This document shows, piece after piece, positions 1 through 11,134 of a stretch of 64,000 nucleotides of DNA. The DNA comes from Marsupella aquatica (lineage: Eukaryota > Plantae > Marchantiophyta). Position numbers and translations under genes: made by a program. The first letter of the stretch is position 1; every line of letters begins with the position of its first letter. The notes beneath the pieces are model-generated. The model saw only the letters and a list, made by a program, of their open reading frames with translations. It had not been told where the DNA came from and searched no databases. The stretch covers positions 5,923,708-5,987,707 of the forward strand of contig OZ316891.1 in assembly GCA_973895155.1 (NCBI GenBank). Direction: 5' to 3'.

Positions 1-2926
1 CTAATTGATGCTTGAAGATAATCTAAACACCGTGCCTCTGAGTACAGCCAATTTAAACAAGCACAGCTTTTAGGGCAAAAACCTTTATCAGTAAAGTTGA
101 TTCAGTCATTACCCAAATGCTTCTGGGGATGCAACTATATTGGATCTGAAACTCTTGTGAACGAGACAATCATTTTTGCAAACCACAAGTAAAATTCACA
201 ATGGCAAATGAGCCAGCTCTAGTCCAACATATTTGGGGAAGGTGTGAATTTTTGCACTGCAAGGATGACACTTGGATACAAATGCAATTCAGGCAATGCC
301 CCTGAGGTAACTTCATTGAGAATGCTGACACCCCAGAGTGCTTAACTTCTACATGGAATATTACAAATCTACTCTGAACAAACACTGCATTGGTTATTGT
401 TACTTTCATGGTTGCCAGCAGGTGAATAGTTAACATTTTAGTTAAGCTTAGAGCGTCTAGGTCTGGATCAATACCTGCAAAACATCCCTACATCCCTACA
501 TAATGTTCTATGACTGAACACCATGCCGCATGTGACCCAAAAACCTAAGTGAGTCATTACAGAGATTATTTAAGAGACAAAAGGGGAGGTCAACCATCAC
601 ACTCATGATCTTCTCTGCTTCTATAATCTAATTTATTTGTATATGTATCTAGATCTACTACAGAAAGTAGTAAAATTCAACTCTGTTCAGTCCTCAAAAT
701 ACTCACCCCCATCAAATGTTAAATCAATCTGCAATTTTGATAGAACCAACCTTTCACCTCTAACACTGCATTTGCAAGGTCAAACCGAAGTACAGAAAAT
801 GCATGATGTGCTCACCAGATCCTTTTAATACACACGGCACTCAAGCATTCATTGATTGATGCCCTTGATTGTCTCTTTAGTACGTCTCAAATAATATTCG
901 TTGATATAATTTTGGTTATCGTCATAGAGGTTGCCATACCTATTGAATCGAAGGAATTGCAGAAACTTATATAAATCAATCTCTGCTGATGGTAAAGAAC
1001 TCCTTTGAACAACATTGAAAGGTTAGAACATAAGTTGTTGTGATCTATTTATTTTACCCTTAGAATTGTTTGTTTTATTTATCCTTTTCCCCCCTAGTCT
1101 ATGGCCTACTTTTGATATGCCGTATACTTTTAATCCTAAACCTATGGTGGGTCTCTTCACAGGATTGACTAAGTTTCAATTTTCTGATGATTATCGTTTT
1201 GCATAAACATTCAGCTTATCCACATTACACAGCTTACTTTTGTGGGGCATATCAGTCCACTTAATCAGATTATGGTTGTTTATAACTCTAAACCTAAACT
1301 GGACATGAAGTGTGTACAATTAAATAAATTATAATTCACTGGATTGGGTTTCATTAAGTAACTTTAGTGAGGCTAATTAAATCATTATATACAATTGCAT
1401 TATGAAATGGATTCAGAAAGGAAGTTGGTGATCATTTCTGTGAGATAATATGCCCTTCTCTACAAGGATCTTATTGGTGGTTTGAACACATCTTTTAGCC
1501 AAACTCCCCGAAGACTCAAATGATTGGAACGAAACCAATGTTATATTTATTATTCAGAATATCATTGCAACTAGAAGTATCTTCTTGACATGTATACTAA
1601 AACCTATCTTCATTTACTTGAGTTTACAATACAACTGTGCGGTCTTTAAATAGGTGCTGAGAAAGTGCCGAGAACACTCAGCCGTTTGGCTGTTCCTACA
1701 TCTGTTAAACATTTTACAGAATAAGGGCCTTCTCATTTCGCTTCTCGAGCTGTAGCCTCGTTTTGGTGAGCTCCCTTTTGCCACTAAATCATTTTTTGTA
1801 TGGTGTGCACTTGATTTTTGCAAACTAACACAACTCTACTCCTAACACTCAGCGCGCTGCAGTAAATGATGCTTTTCTATGTTTAAGTACTCAATGCAAG
1901 ATCAGTCAAACACACTTTCATAGAATTTCTGGGGTTTGAAAATCTCAAGTTGGGTTTTTTAGACGAGTTTTCATATCCGAAGTCCCTATCTATGTCATTA
2001 GAGCAATGTTGCATGTTTCCAAAAACTCCTCACATTTGACCTTATAGTCACCAGCTTTTGGACTACACGTCTCCGTGAATTGAAATTGGCATACAACAAA
2101 TTATGAGTTGCGACCTTAATATGTGCCTGAGTTGTTCAACACTGGCTAGTGTTCCTTGTATTTAGATAACTACGTACAGGATGTTCATGTACCAAGAAAT
2201 AATGTAATTAACATTTAACAGAACTTGACCCTACTACTTAATTTTTTGTGCTCTGAGCTTCTTGTCCTGTTTCTAAATTTTCTTCCAACTGTCAAAGCCA
2301 AGTTGCCAATTTTAAGAATTTATAAAGATGAATATTTGAGAAGAACTCCAGTTTGCTGATACTATTAGGTGTTATCATTCCAGTTGTAATTGTTTTGCTT
2401 GGCAATAATGTGCCATTTATTTAGTATTTCCAAAAATTCCAGATTTGGCATCTATTATTTTTAGTAAAATGTAATGTGTGGGGTGCACATACTATTACAT
2501 TGTAGATCATGTCATCCATATCTGAATAATGAGCTAAGGATGTAGGAGACATTAGCTTTATCTTGTATATATCACTCTCAGTACATGCAATATCAATTCA
2601 ACTCTTGAGTATGTAGCAGTCAGTGTCCAACAGCTGGCTTTGTATAAGAGCTTACTTTTAAAAGTTTCTAAACATGGTTAGCAAGCCATTCAGGTGAAGG
2701 AGTGACCCCCATTAGCAGACAAAGTACTAATGGAACTTCACAAAATTTGGGAGTTTATCTTCACCCAAATTTAAGCACCTTACTTACCCATTACAAGTTC
2801 AATTTAGCAAGCCAGCAGGGTACTCCAATTGGAATCATCTTCAACCAACTTTGGCCAATTTGAGATGGACCAAAATCCTAACTCCCCATTGCAAGCAATC
2901 ACAAGCCCATAACCAGAATTTCCTAC

Positions 2927-4372
2927 ATGGCTGAGCCAGAAATAATTCCAGATATGCCTGCTGGAAGCGAGGCTCCTGGCGAGGCCACAAATAACACTAA
3001 AACAACTGTGCCATCATCAACAGAGATTGGTGGTGAAACTCAGGGGCCAGCTCAGGGATATCACAACTTGCCCCCAGTTGAAGAAGAGCACCCATTGCAG
3101 GAAAAGGTGTTAACACCTCTTCCTGAGCCCCCTCCACAAACAGTTGAGGAAAAAAACACAGATGTATTGCCTGCTACTCAACCTCCCAAGTTTAGAAATA
3201 CTATGTATCAAAGAGCACTTGCAAAAGTCAAAGAAGAAGAAAATATAGAAAAGGCAGCAAAATTGAAGGAAGAAGGAGAAAAATCTCCTAAAGAAATAGT
3301 AGTTGTCGTGCCTCCACCTCCCGAAATTCGGGCAGCTCCTTATCTTGCAAGACCCAACCCCAAGATTCTTTACAAAATAGATAGAGAATTGAGGGATGAC
3401 AAATACTACCTTGTGGGCAAGAGAGCTTTAGGTGATCCAAAAGCTCCAGATAGCTGCACATTCTTTGTTATAGGTGATATTGGAAAACGATATCAAGTGA
3501 AAATCAGACAGTTCCCAGCTTGTCAATGTGGGGACTTCTTGGAAGATAGGCTTTGTAAGCACCTTATGTTTATTATGTTAAGATTTTTTAGATTGCAGAA
3601 ATATGACCCCCTCAATTGGCAAAGGGCATACCTCTCCACTGAGTTGAGAACTTTTTTATCAGACCCAAGGATCACATCCTCAAGCAAGATAGAAGCTAAG
3701 AAGAAGTTTGTTAGTAAACTTTTCCCGCCAAAGGTTGCACCTACTATCTCGTCTGATGAACCTTTGGGTTCATTTCAAAAACCAAAGAAAGAGCTAGGAC
3801 CCCAATTTTGTCCCATCTGTCTTGAGCAGTTCAACTTCATAGCTGAAACACCAAAAATACCATATATTGGGCCGATCCCTTGGAAGCCAAAGTTCATGCC
3901 AAAATTGGACATGGCCCCTCCAAAGTCCATACAAGCAATGAGAGATCATAAAGCAGGGCTAGATTATGCCATGAAGAAACACGAAGAAGAAATGGCACTT
4001 GCAAAGCAAGCCAAATCAAACATAGAAATTGATGCACCAAACGAAGAGTCAGAAGCAAAACAAACGGCAGAAAATGAAAACAAATCAGGAGGGGATGAGC
4101 CAAACAACAGTGCAAAAAATACAGCGGAAACTGGGCAAGAAAATAATGAAGGCAAAACAGTCATTGTAGTAGAAGGAGAGGAGAAGAAAGATGATAACAT
4201 TGATTTAAGCCCTCCTTTAAGAAAGTACGAACCTATATGGTTTTGTCCTGACTCAGATTGCAAGGGGGATGGTGCTTGTTTCAAGTTGGTGCACGAGTGG
4301 TGTTACAGAAAATATGACAATTATGGAATTTATCCTAGAGGGAAACAATGTCCTATCTTTAGTTCGTTGTAA
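2927..4372 (+). CDS. SWIM zinc-finger / split RING-like protein (ZSWIM2/MEKK1-SWIM-related), copy 1
   Basis: 481-aa ORF. SWIM motif CQCGDFLEDRLCKH in the context FFVIGDIGKRYQVKIRQFP...WQRAYLSTEL. CPIC, then about 141 aa later C-x4-C-x5-C-x4-H-x2-C and a final CP. Pro/Glu-rich N-terminus. The 3' end may be spliced or degenerate (ends CPIF). Confidence 0.8.
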   Translation: MAEPEIIPDMPAGSEAPGEATNNTKTTVPSSTEIGGETQGPAQGYHNLPPVEEEHPLQEKVLTPLPEPPPQTVEEKNTDVLPATQPPKFRNTMYQRALAKVKEEENIEKAAKLKEEGEKSPKEIVVVVPPPPEIRAAPYLARPNPKILYKIDRELRDDKYYLVGKRALGDPKAPDSCTFFVIGDIGKRYQVKIRQFPACQCGDFLEDRLCKHLMFIMLRFFRLQKYDPLNWQRAYLSTELRTFLSDPRITSSSKIEAKKKFVSKLFPPKVAPTISSDEPLGSFQKPKKELGPQFCPICLEQFNFIAETPKIPYIGPIPWKPKFMPKLDMAPPKSIQAMRDHKAGLDYAMKKHEEEMALAKQAKSNIEIDAPNEESEAKQTAENENKSGGDEPNNSAKNTAETGQENNEGKTVIVVEGEEKKDDNIDLSPPLRKYEPIWFCPDSDCKGDGACFKLVHEWCYRKYDNYGIYPRGKQCPIFSSL

Positions 4373-6038
4373 ATTTTTGATTATAACAACTGTGACAAAG
4401 ATTTTGATAGTTTTGAATGCCGATGTACATCTGATATATTGGTAAACCTAGACTTAGGACTGTAGACCTCATGCACCTCTTAGCTATGCACCAATTGAAA
4501 TGTGTGCTTCTCCAACAGCATGCAATAGAATGTCTCCACTCAAAGGTCATAATCATCAACTTGATTGAGTTCAAGTTTTCATGTTCATAGTTCATCAACA
4601 ACTCATCCTAAGCAAATTAATGTCACAAAAGTCCTTAGGAGGGTGTGGTGACAGTGCTGCTGAGTGGCAACAATCAATAGCAAAATACGTATATAAAAGT
4701 TTTCTCACTAATTATGTGTGCCTGGGTGTGGTAATTAAGTCAGTTGTTAGACAAGTTGGTAAAGCATGTCAAGGATTTATTAATGGTTTTTTAGCAGAGC
4801 TGAGATCCCGGCTGAGATAGGCATAGCCGCAACAAAGAGCAAAAATTAAAATCTTCATCTTGCAGCTAGTAATACCCAGACTTATAAACACTCATGGACT
4901 GATAGACCTAAGAGAATATCTACATATTTATATCTTATTCTATTCTATCTAGTATGAAAATAGTTTTACTCATGTGTCATCTTCAATTCACCATTGCGGT
5001 TAGGATGAGATCCGGCTGAGCATTTTTGGATATCATGCAAAGAGCTAGGGGAGAGGATGTAAATTGCCATCCAGAAAAATCCCTCGAGATTATGGGTGAT
5101 AGTGAATAAAACCTTTTAGGAAAACTGTGAGACAAAGTAGTGTACATCCTTGCATGGCTCTAGTGAAATTTTCACATCTTCACCACCACTCAGATTCTTT
5201 GGCTTTGAGAATCTTGGTTTGGGGTAGTGCATGCCCATCTATTTTTACAGATTCGTTTTTGAAAAACTAAGGTAGCCTAAACCACCCACTAAAACAATCT
5301 CACTATTGACTTTTAATTAGGTTGATTATGCATTATTTGGCCTTAAGTTTCATTGAAATTTCTTGTATATGCCTCTCTTTCATGAGTTAGTAACCAGTGA
5401 AATGTTATTTGTTTAAATCCTTAACTTGTAATGCACTTTATGCAATTATATGTGAAGATTCAACCTCTGCACTATTTTTCACATAAACTGAGAAACTTTC
5501 TATTAAAAGTACTAAAAGAATTTAATGAGCAGCTTTAATACATATCATAAGCTGCGCTTAGAGGTCTAAAGTGAGGTTTAGGTCTCTAATCTTAAAAAAT
5601 TTACTTAGTGTACATCTTCTAAGTGACGCGGACTATATATCTTTGCAGTAGCTAGTATATTATCTTTTGTACTTCATTCCCTCCTACCCACACACTTGAT
5701 TATCCCTAGTCTTGTGACATTTACTGCAGGGCACTAATCAATTAATTTTAGTTTCTTGGAAATAAATTGTAATGAACCCAAATATTAAAAATGATATTTT
5801 TAATTCCCAATGTTGTGCACTTGGTGTAGTGGCCAGGTATTTTCTTGGTCATTTTGTAAGTTTAATTGATATAAAAACTTTGTTGTTGAACTTAATCCTA
5901 TAATTTTAATTTAATTGAATTTATTTAGTCCTGTGGCATGAACTCCCTTCATTGTAAGTTCTTGATGCCTATTTACTAACAAGAATAACCAAAGTTGTGA
6001 GTATTTAAGTAGTGGGAGGAGGAGGAGGTGGAGATATC

Positions 6039-7391
6039 ATGGCCACTACACCAAGTGCACAACGGGCTTCTCAAGTTGTGCCTCCAACAGCCCCTGTCTC
6101 ACTAAGATTTTCACAGTCAGCTCCTCAAGCCCAAGCTTCCTCTCCACAAAGGGCCTCACAAAGTAGTCCTTCAAGACGATCATCTACCTCAAAGCCACCC
6201 CAACAACCATCTCCAAGGCGAGCTTCCAATTCTCAAAGTTTGACGGTCCCACAACGAACATCACAAGTTGGTCCGCCACCAAACTCTGGCTCAGGCTCAA
6301 GCTCAAGGCGAACTTCAAAATCATCAGAGCCAGCTCCTCCACCAACACCAGCTCAAACTGACACCTTACAAAATGCTTCAAGTGGTTTGCAAGCTGCACC
6401 ATCAATTCCACCACAAGATCAAGTAATGGCACCTACACAAAGGGTTTCACAAAGCATTCCTCCTCAGCCTCTGCCCATGACAGCAGCAGTCCCTTTTCTA
6501 CAACCTTTGTCAGGTGCTACAAATGCACAACCTTCTCCTCAGTTAGCTGTAGTGGCTGAGTCAATCTTGGAAGGCATTGTTGAATCAAAGGTTGAAGCTG
6601 AAAAGGAACCAGAACGTGGAGGGCCTTTCCGAGAGAGGCCAGAAACAAAGGTCATGCGAAGGATATCATTAGAAATGCGCCATCGCATGTATTTGATGGG
6701 AATGAGAATCCAGTATGGTGAAACAGGACCAGTTGGATGCAATTTCTTTGTCATGGGGGAGATTGGCAAGACATTTGTTGTCAAGATAAGACAATTTCCC
6801 TGTTGTCAATGTGGGGATTTCTTATTGCAAAGGCTTTGCAAACATATGATGTTTATTTCACTGCGGGTGTTCAGGTTGGAACAATCTGATCATCGAATTT
6901 GGCAACAAGCTCTTCTTGCAAAAGAGTTGAATGCCCTCATGGAACATCCCTTGATTACCCCTCCCACAAAACCTGCTTTTAGGAGTAAACTGAGAAAGCC
7001 ACCCCCACCAGATCCACCAGGCCCTCCCAAGCCTGAGACCCCCATTTGTTGCCCAATATGCTTTGATGAGATACAATTCTTTGATAATGTGGTGAAGAAA
7101 CCACTGGGTGCAAAACCAGGACCCAAACCCAAATTGAATATGGGGACTCGAAGGAAGAAAGATGATAAAGTAAAGGTTCAGGAGGTTTTGGCAGAACCTT
7201 GGGCAGAGAGGTTTAAAAAATTTGAACCTTTACTGCACTGCCCAACACAAAATTGCCAAGTTGATGGATGCATGAAAATAGTGCATGAGATGTGCTATTT
7301 GAAGTGGAACAGGTTCAAAAAGATGAACTACAATTTGCCTCAAGTATGCTTACCCAACAACTTCTATCCTTGTGCCTTTACATGCCACTAA
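6039..7391 (+). CDS. SWIM zinc-finger / split RING-like protein, copy 2 (tandem paralog)
   Basis: First ATG at 6039. SWIM CQCGDFLLQRLCKH with FFVMGEIGKTFVVKIRQFP...WQQALLAKEL, clearly homologous to 2927-4372. CPIC, then about 59 aa later CPTQNCQVDGCMKIVHEMC. Ser/Pro/Gln-rich N-terminus. Possible donor CAA|GTATGC at 7344, so the true C-terminus is uncertain. Confidence 0.8.
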   Translation: MATTPSAQRASQVVPPTAPVSLRFSQSAPQAQASSPQRASQSSPSRRSSTSKPPQQPSPRRASNSQSLTVPQRTSQVGPPPNSGSGSSSRRTSKSSEPAPPPTPAQTDTLQNASSGLQAAPSIPPQDQVMAPTQRVSQSIPPQPLPMTAAVPFLQPLSGATNAQPSPQLAVVAESILEGIVESKVEAEKEPERGGPFRERPETKVMRRISLEMRHRMYLMGMRIQYGETGPVGCNFFVMGEIGKTFVVKIRQFPCCQCGDFLLQRLCKHMMFISLRVFRLEQSDHRIWQQALLAKELNALMEHPLITPPTKPAFRSKLRKPPPPDPPGPPKPETPICCPICFDEIQFFDNVVKKPLGAKPGPKPKLNMGTRRKKDDKVKVQEVLAEPWAERFKKFEPLLHCPTQNCQVDGCMKIVHEMCYLKWNRFKKMNYNLPQVCLPNNFYPCAFTCH

Positions 7392-10300
7392 ATCTTTACA
7401 AAGCATTGCATCAGGTAATTCGAAATATGGCAGCATTGAAAGTTGCCTTGCTGTACATTAGTTGAGCTACAGATGAGATTGAAGCTAGCCCCTATATTTT
7501 GAAAGAAAGGGGAGGGGAAAGGCCACCCAAAACTTTTAAGGGACAACCAATTTCACCTCATTGGTATACAGCCAACAAATATCAACTCCTTGGTAAGACA
7601 AAGGTTCACTGCAAGAGCAATGTACTCTGACAAGCTCGAGCTATATGCTTGAGTCAGCCCAACACAATTATGGACAAAGATTATGATGAAGTTTTGGACT
7701 AGCTCTGGTTGAGCTGTAAGCTAGTACAATTGTCCTATTCATGGAGTCAGTGATATAACTGTTAGCATCATCTTGGAGATTGCCAGTCTGGTTCTCAGGT
7801 GCTACAGGAGGTTGTATCTAAATTAAAAGGAGTTTGATGGTAAGAGGTTTGTCAATTGACGATACTTGATTTGACCATTACTATGGGTCACGAAATACCT
7901 GAGTGATTACAATTTTAGAAGAAGAGACATGAGTAAGAGGCAGACAGGTATATCAAACATTCCAGGAATGTTTATTGGTTGCAGTCATATGTAAGCCAGA
8001 TGTTATCTTGATGAAGGCAAGGGAAAAGCCTAAGTGTTGTTTCCTTTGAAATCTTCATGCGCATGGGAGCTGTGATGCAACCCAATGGATCATCTATTTC
8101 AAGTAACTATAATAAGAGCCGGTAACTGTGGACCCTAATCAAGCTCAAAGGTGCCCTAGAGTTGTCACCATTCGTCCGCGATGTGTCACTATAATGTGAG
8201 TTTGACCCTGTCCTCATTCATTGGCCACTCATGCCTTAGTTGGTTTTTAAGAATGTCTCATCTACAAGATAATCCATTTAATTTGTACCTTGCAACTGAG
8301 GCTGATTTTGTATAGTTTTTATACCATATGAGTACTGATGGGAGATATTGTCCCGCCAGGTACCATTTAGTAGTATCTTCAGTCATCTTAAAAGGGGCAC
8401 ATGCGCAACTTGATTATTTTGTACATCACATATGATTTGGAGACATATACAACTTGATTTGTGAATAAGTGCAACACCTTCAATTGGCCACTACTATGAG
8501 CAGGAGGAAAAACTTTGCAAACATGGTAGGCTGAGCTCATCTCTCCGAAAATATTTATTCCGTATATTTAATTTATGTATTATAATTTTATGGTTGGGTA
8601 TACGGATGTAATTACTCTTCAATGTTTTCCATTCTCATATATAATAATCATTATTCTTATCAAAGTTATTACCTTTAGGCAATTGTTTTTGCCATTAGTC
8701 CAAAAATCAAAACACAATTTCAAAATTACAACTTGCAACAATGACCCTTTGCCCTGAAAGAGCATTAAATCAAAGTAATTAGAGAAAGCCCAAAGAGCTT
8801 TACTTGGGCAGCCCACAAGCGAGGACAATTCCTTGAAAGGGACTATAGAATCCCAGACCCATGGGGGGTGCCTTACTAGGGGGTGACTGACTGGCAGGTA
8901 TTGTGGCCTAAGCAGTTGTAGCAGTGATGAGAACCTACTTACAATGCCAGGAAATCAAAGCATTTTCTTTACGGGAATGGCTTTTTTCTATCTCGTGACA
9001 TTAATGGTGAACTGTAACCTCTTTACATATATGTAGACACTGTCAATTCTAAATTTATTTTTGGCTGTCAATAGCTCTGAGAAAATGTACCCTGCCGGAT
9101 AGACCTCTAGGTTTGTCAAAATGCTCCCAGTGATTTTTGCAACCGATAGCAGATAGACCAAAGTTTACTCACAATGTGATAGGAAATATATATACTCTCC
9201 TATTTAGTCCATCCAAATTATGTGCCCAATTATTGTATGTGGTTTCTGTGTATGGTCCATGGAGCATCATTCTTGTAGTTTGGATTTCATTGCTTGAAAA
9301 GATTTAAGGCATTTAGAGCTCACCTTGAAGGTGTGTTTCCTCTGGGGTAGACTATTAAAACTTATAGGCACCATGTGCAAATCCACGATAAATGTTTTCA
9401 TATTTGTTAGCCAATTTTTTTGAAACATAGAAATTAAACTAAATAATGTGTTTATAACTCCAAGTAGAATATATGAAACTAAAGCCCAGATGGACCTCCA
9501 CTTTGTTCACAAAGTCCAGATGGACTGGCAAAGCTTGGATGGACTTGCTCAGAACATTTAAATTGACTAAGATAAAGTTGTTTACACTTTTGACTAAAAG
9601 ATGACCTGTAAACAGTCTCCTTACCGTTTGCAGCCGGTTTCAATATCATATATTATCAATCCGGTTTCCTTGGTAACTTGCATGTCAAGGATCACGATGA
9701 CGTCTCGACTTCTTTGTCCCCAAGGTAGTCAAAAGTTGTCAACTGCGATCCGCAAGCTGCCTAATGGTTCCTTTTCTTTACGGTGTAAAAGCAACAATTG
9801 CTTTACGCAATCCATAGGGATGGCCAGGGACAATGTCTTGGTCCATCCAGGATTTTCTTTTCAGAAAGTATTATTTATTGTACACCTTAAGTTATAATTT
9901 AAATATGTCATTTTGAATTAAAATTAGGAATCTATAGAATATGTTCTTGATGAAATAGGAGTATTTTTACTAGCACATGGTATTCTAAAAATACAATCTA
10001 AGTGGGCCCTCATAACTGTGTGTCACAAATTTGTTTCTTAAGAAAGAGCGAAAGTGCAAACAACCAAACTTACTAGGCAAAAACCCTAGTTTTTGCTTTC
10101 TCTTTTTTGTTGTAGGCTTTGTTTTCTGTTGGGGTTTCTTTGGGGCTCTTGGGCTTGTGGAGTCTCACTGGCCTGCTTGTGGTCTCTCTCGTTTCCTCTC
10201 CCCCTTTATTGGGCCCTTTGCCTGTGGGATCGCGTCTCCCTGCTTGGCATTTTTCTTTCTCATCTTGTACACTAAAAGTTGCCAAAATCTGAGTGTACAA

Positions 10301-10468
10301 TTTGTCTTGCTACTAGCCCACACTATACATTCAAGAAAACCACTACTCTACAGGGACGAGGCATTGATATATAGACATAATTACAAAATTGAGTAGGTCA
10401 ATTGTGTGTCCCCATTTCAGGTTTGAATTCACCACCATAGATTCTCTTTAGAGCATATATGTATGTAT

Positions 10469-10943
10469 TGTTGAGCATAGACGATGATCGCAACGGCAAG
10501 CCCATGAACCATCCAACGCACAATAGTCGACACAAGAGATACGTGGTTCACCTCCTTGAGGCTACGTCCACGGGAACACACAAGAGAGCTTTACTGAACT
10601 CTAAGCCCGTCGGCTATACCGAGTCTCCACAGTGTAAGCTCTCCCTATCTCTCAAGTGGCTCCATAACAATGAGCCTTGGTTCTACCTCTCCAAGCACAC
10701 ATGCCTCTTATGATATAGTGTGCAACTTAGTTGTACCTAACCACATAGTTGTACCTAACCACATAGTTGTACCTAATCACGTAGTTGTACCTAACCACAT
10801 AGTTGTACCTAATCACGTAGTTGTACCTAACCACATAGTTGTACCTAATCACGTAGTTGTACCTAACCACGTAGTTGTACCAACCCACGTTGTTGTACCA
10901 ACCACGTCATACCTAACCTAGACGTAAGAGTAAATACCCAACA
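10469..10943 (-). repeat. 3' LTR of the Copia element
   Basis: TGTTGAGC...CCCAACA on +. Identical to 16597-17071 except G10613 vs A16741. Confidence 0.97.
10728..10906. repeat. 18-bp tandem array (10 units) inside the LTR
   Basis: Unit TAGTTGTACCTAA(C/T)CAC(A/G). Identical array at 16856-17034. It generates the spurious VVPNH(I/V) ORFs. Confidence 0.95.
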
Positions 10944-10957
10944 ATCTTCCCCTTGAC
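10944..10957 (-). other. Polypurine tract
   Basis: Minus strand GTCAAGGGGAAGAT directly abutting the 3' LTR. Confidence 0.9.
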
Positions 10958-11134
10958 TCTGGTCTAGGGGAGAGTAATACTGCCAATGTATATGATCCCT
11001 CAGCGGGAAGTTCTGGACAGAAACCAAACCGGTTTCCCTCTCTAACTAGAGCAAACCAGAACTAAGCCGTAGCCTAATACATAGGAATGAGGAAGAGCAT
11101 ATATCAGTAATTACAATGAATGTTAAAGAAAACT

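Noticed and set aside
10670-10921. VVPNH(I/V) repeat ORFs (also 16798-17049) and a CRISPR-like look
   Set aside because: Translation of an 18-bp tandem array inside LTRs; no spacers.
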